Virus record (IMG/VR): IMGVR_UViG_3300045972_000062
Location: 1-62,336 of that record
Length of the DNA: 62,336 bases
Reading direction: 5' to 3' (one strand)
DNA from: a virus
Taxonomy: Duplodnaviria; Caudoviricetes
The translations under genes were made by a program, and so were the position numbers. Shown here piece by piece: positions 30,164-39,101 of this stretch (positions are counted from its first letter, which is position 1; each line of letters begins with the position of its first letter). The notes beneath the pieces are model-generated. The model ran no database searches, was not told the DNA's origin, and saw only the letters and a program-made list of their open reading frames with translations.

Positions 30164-30668
30164 ATTCTATTGTATGGTGTGTAAAGTAAGGATTTTCAAA
30201 AATATCTTCCGGAGTTATTTTATAGACATAAGGGAAGAAAGGAATTGAAGTGATATTATTATAAACGAAAGAAACAAATTCAGCACAATTAAAGACTAAA
30301 CCTTTATTTCTACCTATCCATATTCTTTTGCCGGATAATATATAAACCGGCTGAGCAACAAATGAGTTAAAGTAGCTATAAGGGGTGTTTCCTACCATTG
30401 GCAGCATGAACTTACCTATCTCTACTCCGTTTATTGGAATTCTAGGTTTTTGTAGATGTAAATTAACTCCGGGCTTGAGATAATCTTTAAAAGGAGTATT
30501 TCTAACTCCAAACTTATCTGATTCTATTACGAATAACTCTCCGTAGCACCACCAGAAGATCGCTGTGTGGCTCCATTTTGATTTAGTGAACCATTGTATC
30601 TTTTTACTAAGAAAAGATGAAGAGGACGTTACAAAAACGTCCCCAGTATTAATCTCATTAATTCTCAT
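30144..30668 (-). CDS. permuted papain-like NlpC/P60 (YiiX/YebB-like) amidase
   Basis: GDV...I.WFTKSKWSH.AI and FNCAEFV; start moved to ATG 30668. Confidence 0.82.
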   Translation of the reverse strand: MRINEINTGDVFVTSSSSFLSKKIQWFTKSKWSHTAIFWWCYGELFVIESDKFGVRNTPFKDYLKPGVNLHLQKPRIPINGVEIGKFMLPMVGNTPYSYFNSFVAQPVYILSGKRIWIGRNKGLVFNCAEFVSFVYNNITSIPFFPYVYKITPEDIFENPYFTHHTIEYEEYGI

Positions 30669-30882
30669 GTTGTAAGTTTTTAAAGTAACCATCTTGATTA
30701 TCTTGTCTATTAGTAAAGTTACAAGGAATATCTTTACAGAAGCTATAATCTTCATAATAAAAATCGCATTTATCGCAACCTTCTTCAGAAGTATTCATTT
30801 GCTTAATAAAATCCTTCCTAGACCCGTCCGGACAAGCTATACAATTCTCGTCCGGAGAGATTAAAATTAAATTAAGATTCAT
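30658..30882 (-). CDS. small Cys-rich protein
   Basis: CxxCxF...C...C...RxD..DGYF. Confidence 0.7.
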   Translation of the reverse strand: MNLNLILISPDENCIACPDGSRKDFIKQMNTSEEGCDKCDFYYEDYSFCKDIPCNFTNRQDNQDGYFKNLQHEN

Positions 30883-31111
30883 TTATTTTTTTATTAGGTA
30901 ATTTAGTTTGAATAAAATATCCATCCATCCTGTCTTTCCTAATTTCTGCAGAGCAAGGAGCAAAAGTTTTGCATATCTTTAAGGATTCATTTTTAAAAGC
31001 ACAGCTTTCACATTGTGCGATTCCTTCTTGATATTTAAATTCAAATTCTGCTCCGTTAGGTAAAGATATAATGTTTTGGTCTTTAGATAAGTAAATGTCA
31101 TTTATTTTCAT
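30872..31111 (-). CDS. small Cys-rich protein, paralog of the previous gene
   Basis: Same Cys pattern and RxDxxDGYF; start at ATG 31111 (MKIND). Confidence 0.7.
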   Translation of the reverse strand: MKINDIYLSKDQNIISLPNGAEFEFKYQEGIAQCESCAFKNESLKICKTFAPCSAEIRKDRMDGYFIQTKLPNKKINES

Positions 31112-31334
31112 TGTCTTCTTTATTAAATTTAATGTAATATCCATTTTCTTTTTTACACCATCCATCTTTGTGGAATATAGGGTTATTAATAACTGGAGAT
31201 TCACAATGAGGAATACGATGTCCTTCTTCTTTTCCGTGTTTGTGAGTTTCTTGGCAAAAAGGACATTTTATTTTGCCATTTATATCAGAAACTACCAATG
31301 GGTAATTTACTCCATCTTTTACAATTGTTTCCAT
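31098..31334 (-). CDS. small Zn-binding protein
   Basis: CPFC..HxHG...HR..HC. Confidence 0.7.
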   Translation of the reverse strand: METIVKDGVNYPLVVSDINGKIKCPFCQETHKHGKEEGHRIPHCESPVINNPIFHKDGWCKKENGYYIKFNKEDNENK

Positions 31335-31759
31335 TATTTTTCAGTATATAAAGTTTTAAAAAAATATTCATCGTACTCAGTAAATGACAATCCTAAAGCA
31401 GAAAGTATCATACGTTCTACTGTTTCTGACGTTTGATGTTCTATACGGTAAGGGCTTCTAGGGTCATCTCCTGGTTCGGCTTCTGGAGAGTGCAATCCGG
31501 CTTCTTGTTCTTTGCCGAACATTTCATCGTGAGCCTGAATATCTTCTTCTGTAACTCCATGAAACTCTGTCATTGTAATCTCTACAAGCTCGTGGATCAT
31601 AATTAAATTTTCAAATAGCTTTTGGTATCTTTCGTCAATATCTCCACGTAGAGATGATACTTTTATAACTTGATCGCCATTGTCTTTGTAATAGTAGTCT
31701 CCAGCACCTTCTGTTCGTTGTTCTGCGTGAGGAATTACCTCTATTTCTATCTTTCTCAT
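31334..31759 (-). CDS. small zincin-like metalloprotein
   Basis: HELVE (HExxE) plus EPGDDPxxPYxxEH motif. Confidence 0.65.
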   Translation of the reverse strand: MRKIEIEVIPHAEQRTEGAGDYYYKDNGDQVIKVSSLRGDIDERYQKLFENLIMIHELVEITMTEFHGVTEEDIQAHDEMFGKEQEAGLHSPEAEPGDDPRSPYRIEHQTSETVERMILSALGLSFTEYDEYFFKTLYTEK

Positions 31760-31762
31760 ATT

Positions 31763-32380
31763 TTATTTATTATGGTTAAAAAATTCATTAGCAAACCCTT
31801 GACTGCATAAGCTCCTAAAATCAGCATCGTTTTTAACAAATGGTTTAGCAAATTCAAATTCAGGTATGAAATTAATTGCTGATTTATGCAAAAATGCTAA
31901 AGCAGGTTTAGGTCTTCCTGGTCTGATATATAATTTGTTATTCTTAGGCACAACTCCCCAATTAGAATATAATGGAGGAGGGATTTTAAACTCTCCCCAT
32001 AAAGCTGTTTTTTTCGTCCATGGGCTACCATATTCCCAAGGTTGATATGTTAATTTCGGGGTTCCTAATATATCTTTAAGTTTGCCATTAAATGGATTTT
32101 CTAAAACCCAGAATTTAGGATTGCAGTCTTTTATGATCCTTAAACAATGATTAACTAATATCATACCTTTGTCAATATCATTGCTTTTATGAAACCCTTT
32201 AGCCGTAGATAGCTCCGTGCATACAGGGTTCGCTATAATTCCATAAACTTCCATATTTGGAATATAATTTTCAACCCCAATACTTTCTCCTATCATTATA
32301 ACATCGTATTCTTCATTTAATTGATAAGGTCTACTATCTGAGCCTATATCTGCACAAAGATGCAATATTATCTTTCTCAT
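31763..32380 (-). CDS. phage C5-cytosine DNA methyltransferase-like protein
   Basis: Motif IV PVCTE, motif VI LENP, motif VIII K.T.LWG. Confidence 0.75.
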   Translation of the reverse strand: MRKIILHLCADIGSDSRPYQLNEEYDVIMIGESIGVENYIPNMEVYGIIANPVCTELSTAKGFHKSNDIDKGMILVNHCLRIIKDCNPKFWVLENPFNGKLKDILGTPKLTYQPWEYGSPWTKKTALWGEFKIPPPLYSNWGVVPKNNKLYIRPGRPKPALAFLHKSAINFIPEFEFAKPFVKNDADFRSLCSQGFANEFFNHNK

Positions 32381-32985
32381 TAGTTTATAAATATTAGTTC
32401 GTTAGCAAAAGGAAGTGTTTTAATCCAGTCAATAAAAATATGCCATTGAGGTAGCTTGTGTGAAGACCTCTGCAGCCATATCCTACGTAATGTTTGGTAG
32501 TTATAGTTAATAACTCTTTCTTGTAAATATCCGTTAGGGATAGTGCTTTTTATAAATTCTATAGGAACATCTCTTGTTATTAATCCTTGCAATAAGAACA
32601 GTTCGCTTTCTATTAAAGGATATTCAAAATTATTATTACTTAATTTCTCTTTCTTCAACGTGTGCATAGTTGATTCAGAGCAACCACGAGTAACTCCAGA
32701 AGTATAAGTATTTTCTTCTGACCACCAAAACAAAGGGGCGTTAATTCTTGCCGTAGCGTTCATAAGTCTTACAGTCTTACTATGCTCGTCTCCTTTGCGT
32801 ATTAACGATTGAATTAATGCAATGTCTTTAGGGTCTAATGTAACAGAACTAGTATAGTTAATTTCTAATCCTACTTCTACGTCATAATATGATTCGCATA
32901 CAGACCTGCATTCTTTTTTGAAAGGCAAACGTAGCGATTCAAATGCTCCTACGAATCCTGCCGTTTCTATGGTTTCTATCTTCAT
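32380..32985 (-). CDS. ThyX-like (flavin-dependent thymidylate synthase fold) protein
   Basis: GDEHSK, APLFWW, SESTMH, NYQTLR..QR..HKLPQW. Confidence 0.7.
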   Translation of the reverse strand: MKIETIETAGFVGAFESLRLPFKKECRSVCESYYDVEVGLEINYTSSVTLDPKDIALIQSLIRKGDEHSKTVRLMNATARINAPLFWWSEENTYTSGVTRGCSESTMHTLKKEKLSNNNFEYPLIESELFLLQGLITRDVPIEFIKSTIPNGYLQERVINYNYQTLRRIWLQRSSHKLPQWHIFIDWIKTLPFANELIFIN

Positions 32986-33205
32986 CTTCGTATTTTTTTA
33001 ATTGTTTATAAACTGATTGTTGATTCCATTCTTTTACCGTTCTTACGTTAGTAACAGTATCTGTATTTGATATGTACATTACTCCGTTATTCCACCATAC
33101 TGAGTCTGTCCTGTTATTATCATGAACGGCTTTAGAAATTGTAAACTTACTTCCGGTGGTATGGTGTATCTGAATTATTAGTAACGTAAAAAATAATATT
33201 CTCAT
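32939..33205 (-). CDS. hypothetical protein
   Basis: ORF in operon orientation. Confidence 0.4.
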   Translation of the reverse strand: MRILFFTLLIIQIHHTTGSKFTISKAVHDNNRTDSVWWNNGVMYISNTDTVTNVRTVKEWNQQSVYKQLKKYEDEDRNHRNGRIRRSI

Positions 33206-33208
33206 AAA

Positions 33209-33580
33209 TTAGTAAGCTTTACCATGTTTATTTGGTCTTGTAGAGTTATATCTCATTTTAAGTTCTACATGTTTCTGTATGTCTATTTCATAATATCCAC
33301 ACAAATCGAAAATTCTAATTAATGTGTCGGCAATTTCATCTTCAAAAGTATCTTTAATGTTATTTCTAAAGCTTATGTCAAACTCTTCAGGAGCACTTCC
33401 TTCGTTAAAATCATCTAAATCTATACGATAAGCAAACTGGTCTTTCCTATCAGCTTCTAAAGCTTCTCCAAGCTCCGAGACTATAAGCATTAATAAAGTT
33501 CCAGTTTCTTTTTTATCTTCATAGAATCCTTTGCTTACAGCCATCTCGTGGGCTTTATTTGATAGTTCTGTTAAGTTCAT
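33209..33580 (-). CDS. MazG-like nucleotide pyrophosphatase
   Basis: SELGEALEA...EDEIADTLIR; start at ATG 33580. Confidence 0.85.
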   Translation of the reverse strand: MNLTELSNKAHEMAVSKGFYEDKKETGTLLMLIVSELGEALEADRKDQFAYRIDLDDFNEGSAPEEFDISFRNNIKDTFEDEIADTLIRIFDLCGYYEIDIQKHVELKMRYNSTRPNKHGKAY

Positions 33581-33602
33581 GTTTTTAATATTTAAAATAA
33601 AT

Positions 33603-33634
33603 AAAAATAAAAGCCACAACACAAGTCATGGCTT
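33603..33634 (-). terminator. possible intrinsic terminator
   Basis: AAGCCA/TGGCTT stem with a T-rich tail on the minus strand. Confidence 0.45.
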
Positions 33635-33644
33635 AATTAATTTG

Positions 33645-34094
33645 CTACTTCGTGATAATCTTTGGAACTCTAAGTTTTTTAGGTTCGTCAAGAGTAATGA
33701 TTTTCTGACTAAAAGGAAGCTTAATTTCATCTTCCGGATTAACCCAGCACCAACCTTCGCCTTCTTTACCTAAATCGTCATACCCTCTAATTTCCATAGA
33801 AGCGATAAAAAGATATCCTATGCCTGTATTTTCATCATAGAACACTCCAAAAGAAGGCTCGTCAATAGTAGTAACTTTAGTGTGCTTATTTTCTACAATA
33901 GCATTCCATGGTCTTACTGCCATTCCTACTTTGATATAATCCTTTCCAGAGAATGTTTCAGATATTGCTACTACAACATACTTAGGTCTTAACGGAGTAA
34001 TAATGCCGTTAATCATTTTATCTTCGGCTTTATGGTATTGAACAAATACTCCATCGCCATAAGGCTTAACTGTTGGCTTTCTTAATTTAAACAT
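33645..34094 (-). CDS. GroES-like co-chaperonin
   Basis: KPxGDxVxV...GIIxP...VVAI...IKVGxxV pattern. Confidence 0.6.
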   Translation of the reverse strand: MFKLRKPTVKPYGDGVFVQYHKAEDKMINGIITPLRPKYVVVAISETFSGKDYIKVGMAVRPWNAIVENKHTKVTTIDEPSFGVFYDENTGIGYLFIASMEIRGYDDLGKEGEGWCWVNPEDEIKLPFSQKIITLDEPKKLRVPKIITK

Positions 34095-34106
34095 AATTTT
34101 ATAATT

Positions 34107-34853
34107 TTAATTGTTAATAAATGAAATAGTTTTGTGTACTGGGATCCATTGGTGTATAGCTTCAAGGAATGTTTCTTTTGATGCCATTTTACCTCGTAAG
34201 ACTTCGTCAGGGAGGTTTTCTTTCTTCAATGCCGCAATGTACTTATTCTTAACTTTTCTAAAGTCTATACAGTCCGAATAGTCTACATCGAAAAGATGGC
34301 ATTTATCATTAACTCTACGGTACATTTTAACATCGTCAAGAAGATCGTATATTGCCTGAGGGTTGTATAGTTCTTTTGAAGCAACAATTACTCCTTCAAG
34401 ATCTGAAACTTTATATTCCCTATCCTCAGAAACTCCTAAGAATAAATATGCCGGAGCTTTTAACTGTTGAGCTACATGAAGTCCGAATTGACCCCAGCCA
34501 TTAGAATAGTGGTTACAATCTTTTTCCCATGTTAATGATGCCGGTAGATATAGAATACCATTCTTTCCCCATTGTTCCGGAGAAGTAACTTTAATGTTAT
34601 CAAACTCTTCATCTGTAAGGTAAGAATATAAGCTGTCTTTAATTGACTTGTTAATATCATCTATACCTAATTCAGGTTTAAAGTTTACAATAACAATCTT
34701 TACATCTTCAGGCTGAATCCAACCAGTAAAGGCAAATGTATCTTTAGGCTCCGGGAATACTTCAACTTCCGTTCTTCTTTGCTTTACGAAAGCTTTACAA
34801 TCTACCATTATAGTAGATTCTAAGTAATAGTTAACGATCTCAGCCCAGGTCAT
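34107..34853 (-). CDS. degenerate family-1 uracil-DNA glycosylase homolog
   Basis: VFP..DxFAF...PEDVKIVIV, WxxNGILYL..SLT, H..GW..F are retained; GQDPY and HPSP are absent. Confidence 0.7.
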   Translation of the reverse strand: MTWAEIVNYYLESTIMVDCKAFVKQRRTEVEVFPEPKDTFAFTGWIQPEDVKIVIVNFKPELGIDDINKSIKDSLYSYLTDEEFDNIKVTSPEQWGKNGILYLPASLTWEKDCNHYSNGWGQFGLHVAQQLKAPAYLFLGVSEDREYKVSDLEGVIVASKELYNPQAIYDLLDDVKMYRRVNDKCHLFDVDYSDCIDFRKVKNKYIAALKKENLPDEVLRGKMASKETFLEAIHQWIPVHKTISFINN

Positions 34854-35148
34854 TGAATTGTGTTTTAAGGTTAAGTAAAGCCTGAGTCTCATTATAAGGC
34901 AAGGCATCTACGTTAAGAGTTAGTGAAATGCAGTATCTAATACTAAGCCAGATTATATCTTCTTCCTTAAGGGCATTTGTCGGATTGTCTTTATTCAAGT
35001 ATCTTGACAACTTCTCTTTGCAGATAGAATTGCGACCTAATTTTATAGCATCATTTACTACATCTACGTTACGTAATTCTAGCTGTATTAGTCTAGCCTT
35101 AATTACGCTTCTTGTTAGAAGTGATGATTTTACAATTGATTGTCTCAT
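34840..35148 (-). CDS. XRE-like HTH protein
   Basis: ICKEKLSRYLN recognition-helix pattern; start at ATG 35148. Confidence 0.5.
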   Translation of the reverse strand: MRQSIVKSSLLTRSVIKARLIQLELRNVDVVNDAIKLGRNSICKEKLSRYLNKDNPTNALKEEDIIWLSIRYCISLTLNVDALPYNETQALLNLKTQFNDLG

Positions 35149-35149
35149 G

Positions 35150-35602
35150 TTATTTAATTTGTTTGTATTCTTCTGGATTTCTAATGTAGATATCGTATTC
35201 GGTGGCAAGGTGTGCGATAAGTTTATCGATATAAGTTTTAACTTCTTCTCTATTATAAGAGTTGAAATCCGGAACAAACATCTTAACACTCTCTTCTCCT
35301 TTTTTGTCAATATAAACCTTTGGATACTCTTCTAATTCTCTAAACAGCTCTTGATGTATTTCTTTCTCTGAAAGCCCGGAGAAGGCATTAGAATTCATAC
35401 ATTCAGATTTATATATCCCTCCGAATAAAAAGCCAAGTTGAGAAGGAGTCTTTTTTATATTCTCCTCCTCAATTGTAATAAAGTATCTGCTAGTAGGCTT
35501 AAGTCCTTCAATTTCTTTTATCCACATTTCGGGGTTGTCAAAAACTATCTGACTTTTATTAGCCTTTTTTCTAACAGCATGTTTATATATGGCTTTTTTC
35601 AT
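35150..35602 (-). CDS. NinB/Orf-like recombination accessory protein
   Basis: TxxQxxFxFG...IHxxL...YIDKL pattern. Confidence 0.6.
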   Translation of the reverse strand: MKKAIYKHAVRKKANKSQIVFDNPEMWIKEIEGLKPTSRYFITIEEENIKKTPSQLGFLFGGIYKSECMNSNAFSGLSEKEIHQELFRELEEYPKVYIDKKGEESVKMFVPDFNSYNREEVKTYIDKLIAHLATEYDIYIRNPEEYKQIK

Positions 35603-35603
35603 A

Positions 35604-36314
35604 CTACCATTCTTCTTTTACTGCTCCGATTTCATCTGTAGGATTGTTGATCCCGGTTTGATCTACATCTGTTTGAACTGAAGAGTTTGCAGTTTTGTAC
35701 TCATTGGAGTTTTTAAGTTGCTCTACTCTCCACTGCCATTGTTTAGGAACTGCAGCTAATTCTTCTTCAGTATAATCAAGAACATCAAGAATAAGTTCAG
35801 GCATTATAGCTGGAGGAACTGTTACTCCTTTCATCACTGGAGATATTGATTTGATCTTTAAGAATGAATTACCTTTCTTTGTTACGGCTTTCTCTACGTT
35901 AAGAGTACAAGCTTTACCAAGTAAGTCGTAAAGGTTAAAAGCTTTAGCTTCTGCTGTTGTGCCGAACTTTTTAGGATTCCAAGCTTGCATAGCTTTGAAT
36001 AACCCGGACTTGTCTGAAATGATTTTAGAAAATTCAATTGCTGCAGTAAAAGGTTTTTCTCCTTCGCCTTCCCAGAACTCAGCAATCTCAGTAGGTAGTT
36101 CGAACTCTAAAACAATAGCATCTTTGAATTCTTTATTACCGAATCCTCCACTGCCATCGTCTTTGCCGAAAAATTGGTTTGGTTGATTACCGATAGCATA
36201 GATGCCGAATAATCGTGCTGAGTAGGTTCCTGACTCAGGATATGCTACTTCTAATCCCTTTCCTGTTCCTTCAGGAATAATCATTGCTTTGCGTTCTCTT
36301 TTTGCTTCTGACAT
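35604..36314 (-). CDS. ssDNA-binding / replication protein (NGO0469-like)
   Basis: GTYxAR..G.Q, FELP.E, KSxL, LLGKAC.L.V; acidic C-terminal tail. Confidence 0.75.
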   Translation of the reverse strand: MSEAKRERKAMIIPEGTGKGLEVAYPESGTYSARLFGIYAIGNQPNQFFGKDDGSGGFGNKEFKDAIVLEFELPTEIAEFWEGEGEKPFTAAIEFSKIISDKSGLFKAMQAWNPKKFGTTAEAKAFNLYDLLGKACTLNVEKAVTKKGNSFLKIKSISPVMKGVTVPPAIMPELILDVLDYTEEELAAVPKQWQWRVEQLKNSNEYKTANSSVQTDVDQTGINNPTDEIGAVKEEW

Positions 36315-36359
36315 AATGTTAAGTGTTTAATTGTTTATATATAAATGTTAATTAGTAAT

Positions 36360-36668
36360 TTAAAATCCGTAGCCGTAGCCGTAGCCGTTGCCGTAGCCGT
36401 TGCCGTTGCCGTTGCCGTAGCCGTAGCCGTAGCCGTCGCCGTCGCCGTTGCCGTCGCCGTTGCCGTAGCCGTAGCCGTTGCCGTAGCCGTTGCTGTAGCC
36501 GTTGCCGTTGCCGTAGCCGTTGCCGTTGCCGTTGCCGTAGCCGTTGCCGTAGCCGTCGCCGTAGCCGTTGCCGTCGCCGTCGCCGTTGCCGTTGCCGTAG
36601 CCGTTGCCGTCGCCGTCGCCGTAGCCGTTGCCGTCGCCGTATGAATTCTGAGAATTTTCAAAATTCAT
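36360..36668 (-). CDS. Gly-X (X = D/N/Y) repeat protein, 102 aa
   Basis: ATG 36668 (MNFENSQNSY) lies 8 nt after the upstream stop. Confidence 0.7.
   Translation of the reverse strand: MNFENSQNSYGDGNGYGDGDGNGYGNGNGDGDGNGYGDGYGNGYGNGNGNGYGNGNGYSNGYGNGYGYGNGDGNGDGDGYGYGYGNGNGNGYGNGYGYGYGF
36366..36642. repeat. hexamer tandem repeat GCCGT(A/T/C), about 46 units
   Basis: Seen directly in sequence. Confidence 0.95.
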
Positions 36669-36676
36669 GGCGATTC

Positions 36677-37006
36677 TTATATTTGAGTCCATTTGGTTTT
36701 GTCTACAGTCAAGGTGTGTACTACTGTTAGCCAGTCGAACTCTACTACGCCTTCGCATTTGTCAAGTTTAGTAGAAGATGTTGCTCCGTGTACTAATTCA
36801 GGAAGACCTTTTGTCGTCCCCCATGACCTAATATTGTAGGCATTTAGTAATTTGCAATCATTGCCTTCTCTTACGAATTTACCGATGTAAATCCATCCAC
36901 GTTGTAGGACTACTATCTTTATGTCACCGTTAAATGCAGGTTGCGTTTTAATAGAATCTTCTCTAACGTACTTAACGTTATCTATTGTTATTGTTTCTGG
37001 TGTCAT
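36677..37006 (-). CDS. Sm/SH3-fold-like protein (DUF6948-like)
   Basis: IVVLQRGWIYIG...IRSWGTTKGLxEL. Confidence 0.65.
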   Translation of the reverse strand: MTPETITIDNVKYVREDSIKTQPAFNGDIKIVVLQRGWIYIGKFVREGNDCKLLNAYNIRSWGTTKGLPELVHGATSSTKLDKCEGVVEFDWLTVVHTLTVDKTKWTQI

Positions 37007-37032
37007 TTTTATAATGTTTAAATAGTTAAATA

Positions 37033-37332
37033 TTAATTAATTTTAATTCCGTATATAGTCAAATCTTCTTCTTCGCAAAGCTCTAACTGGCGTATGTTAA
37101 AGAAGTCTTCAGATTCTCTTTCGTTACTCATGGATCCGGTTTTAGGATTGTACCACTCGAAAGTATCTTCAAGTATTTCTACTATCTGAACCGGCTTAGT
37201 GTAATTCTGAGATTTAATCATATCTCCAACTTTAATGTCTGATTCTGTGTTATAACTGTACTTTTTTGCTTTGGCTAACTCTGTCGAGTCAGTTACTATC
37301 ACATTTGTGAAAATTGCTAAAATAGTCTTCAT
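37033..37332 (-). CDS. hypothetical protein
   Basis: ORF with its own promoter. Confidence 0.7.
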   Translation of the reverse strand: MKTILAIFTNVIVTDSTELAKAKKYSYNTESDIKVGDMIKSQNYTKPVQIVEILEDTFEWYNPKTGSMSNERESEDFFNIRQLELCEEEDLTIYGIKIN

Positions 37333-37366
37333 TTTGTTAATTGTTTATTTGTTTATAATTCTAGAA

Positions 37367-37394
37367 TACAAAGTTATTAAAAAAAACAACAAAC
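37367..37394 (-). promoter_or_regulatory. repeated 28-bp phage promoter, copy 1
   Basis: Minus strand GTTTGTTG-TTTTTTTT-AATAACTTTGTA, containing TAACTTTG. Confidence 0.75.
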
Positions 37395-37654
37395 TACTTC
37401 TTTTTAGGATATTTTTTACCAAAAAGTAATTTATTAGCCCATAATTTTCTCGGCAGACTTGTAGAGTCTCCTTGATAAAAGAACCTACCGAAGTTAGGAA
37501 TGTCAATATGGTATTTAAGCCTAGTTAGCTTCCTTATTCCATTGCAAGAAAAGAAGTCATTAACTATTTCTGTTATCAATTCTTTAGAATATATGCCTTT
37601 AAATTCAGCATATAGCTTATTGATAATATCTCTATTAGATGTTGGCTTAGGCAT
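37394..37654 (-). CDS. HU/IHF-like protein
   Basis: IxIPNFGRF motif. Confidence 0.65.
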   Translation of the reverse strand: MPKPTSNRDIINKLYAEFKGIYSKELITEIVNDFFSCNGIRKLTRLKYHIDIPNFGRFFYQGDSTSLPRKLWANKLLFGKKYPKKK

Positions 37655-37656
37655 GA

Positions 37657-38505
37657 TTAATGTCTTATTGATTGTTTTTGAAAAAATCTTACACCTTCAA
37701 TTTTAGGTTCCGGCATAGAAGCTTTATTTGTTTTGATATACTCCTTTAATTTAGATTCATCTACCATTAAGAATTCTCTAGGAATAGTATTAATGTCAGT
37801 AATTTCAAACGTCCAGGTGTTTACTAATCCTACTTCTTGAGATTTAATTTCGGCAGCAATAATACTTTCATCTACTTTAAATTCTATAGCTTCAACTTTA
37901 GCTACTGTTTTACCTTCCAGTTCTTTTTGTTTAATATAAATAACTTGTGAAAGGTAAGAGAAAAGTTCTTCGGCTTGTGGTTTAGCTTTTCCGAAATCTT
38001 CAGGATCAGGGAACTTGGTGGTAAGAAAATATCTAACCTCATTACATTGCTCCGGCTTAGTTAATGCTACGTAAGGAATCTTACTTCCGGTAATAGTTAA
38101 AGCTTCTCCTCCATTAAGCATAATCATAATCCTGTTACGCATAACTTCTAACCGGTCTAAATGTGGCTTCATTTCGGTAGCAAGCTCTTCTCTTAATCTG
38201 TTAGCTTCAGCATTCTGCCAATCTATCATTTTTTGATTAACTCCTTTCTTAGCTCCTGCAATCCCGTCAAGGATCTCTTTTTTTGCTACGTCCCATTTCT
38301 TTCCTTCAGCTAAAGCAGGAGCCTTCCCTTCTTTATGAATACGTTCAACTTCCTTTTCAATTGTGCCGGCAAGTTTTAATGTATTGTTCGCAATAAGTAA
38401 TGATTCTCTGCTGTCAATAGTTATGGCTTTTATTGTTTTTAACAAACCATCTCTTTGAGATAGTAAGGCGGCTGAAAAGCCTGTGAATTTAGTTATCTGT
38501 GTCAT
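37657..38505 (-). CDS. Gp157/Gam-like coiled-coil phage protein
   Basis: C-terminal WTFEITD..IPREFLMVDE..IEGV. Confidence 0.55.
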   Translation of the reverse strand: MTQITKFTGFSAALLSQRDGLLKTIKAITIDSRESLLIANNTLKLAGTIEKEVERIHKEGKAPALAEGKKWDVAKKEILDGIAGAKKGVNQKMIDWQNAEANRLREELATEMKPHLDRLEVMRNRIMIMLNGGEALTITGSKIPYVALTKPEQCNEVRYFLTTKFPDPEDFGKAKPQAEELFSYLSQVIYIKQKELEGKTVAKVEAIEFKVDESIIAAEIKSQEVGLVNTWTFEITDINTIPREFLMVDESKLKEYIKTNKASMPEPKIEGVRFFQKQSIRH

Positions 38506-38516
38506 GTCTTTAAGTT

Positions 38517-38804
38517 TTAATCTAAAAATAATTCGTCAATTGATAGTTGCACTTGGTCTTCCATTTCTACTGAAAGAAGTTCAAAGAAGTGATCGGGGAT
38601 TTCATAAACCTCAAGTTCCGTTTGGAAAGCGTTTATCTCCTCCTGGTATTTATGAATAGCCCTGTTTCTTGTTTCTCTATGTCCTGAATATATCTCCAGC
38701 TCTGAGAAGTCGAATTTCTTGGTAGTTACTACTACTCTATCGACAATAACATCTACTGTAGTGATGTTGTCGTCTGTTTCAAATGATAATCTAGCTTGCT
38801 CCAT
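38517..38804 (-). CDS. hypothetical protein
   Basis: ORF downstream of promoter copy 2. Confidence 0.65.
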   Translation of the reverse strand: MEQARLSFETDDNITTVDVIVDRVVVTTKKFDFSELEIYSGHRETRNRAIHKYQEEINAFQTELEVYEIPDHFFELLSVEMEDQVQLSIDELFLD

Positions 38805-38828
38805 GATTATAAGTTTTAAATATTATTA

Positions 38829-38856
38829 TACAAAGTTATTAAAAATAGCAACAAAC
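38829..38856 (-). promoter_or_regulatory. repeated 28-bp phage promoter, copy 2
   Basis: 26/28 identical to copy 1. Confidence 0.75.
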
Positions 38857-38863
38857 ACAAATG

Positions 38864-39100
38864 TTACATATACATTTTTTCGATTATTTTATTATAAGCT
38901 TTATTTGTGTATATAGTATTGCTAAGATTGAATGATTTAGCATATCCTGCAAAAGTTCTAGCGTTAGTATTTTCTGCTGTTTCTAGCCATTCTTGCAGGT
39001 ATTTCTTTATGCTAAATTCTAGGTCGTGATGGATTTTAAATTCATTAAGCTGTCCATTTTGTTTCACAAACCTTATAGTTTCGCATGTTAGTTTTGCCAT
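38864..39100 (-). CDS. hypothetical protein
   Basis: Coupled to the primase-helicase stop. Confidence 0.6.
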   Translation of the reverse strand: MAKLTCETIRFVKQNGQLNEFKIHHDLEFSIKKYLQEWLETAENTNARTFAGYAKSFNLSNTIYTNKAYNKIIEKMYM

Positions 39101-39101
39101 G

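Noticed and set aside
36335-36661. Poly-(AT) and poly-(VA) ORFs (36335-36661 minus, 36345-36644 plus)
   Set aside because: Alternative frames of the hexamer repeat; the Gly-X frame has an ATG right after the upstream gene and carries all the sequence variation.
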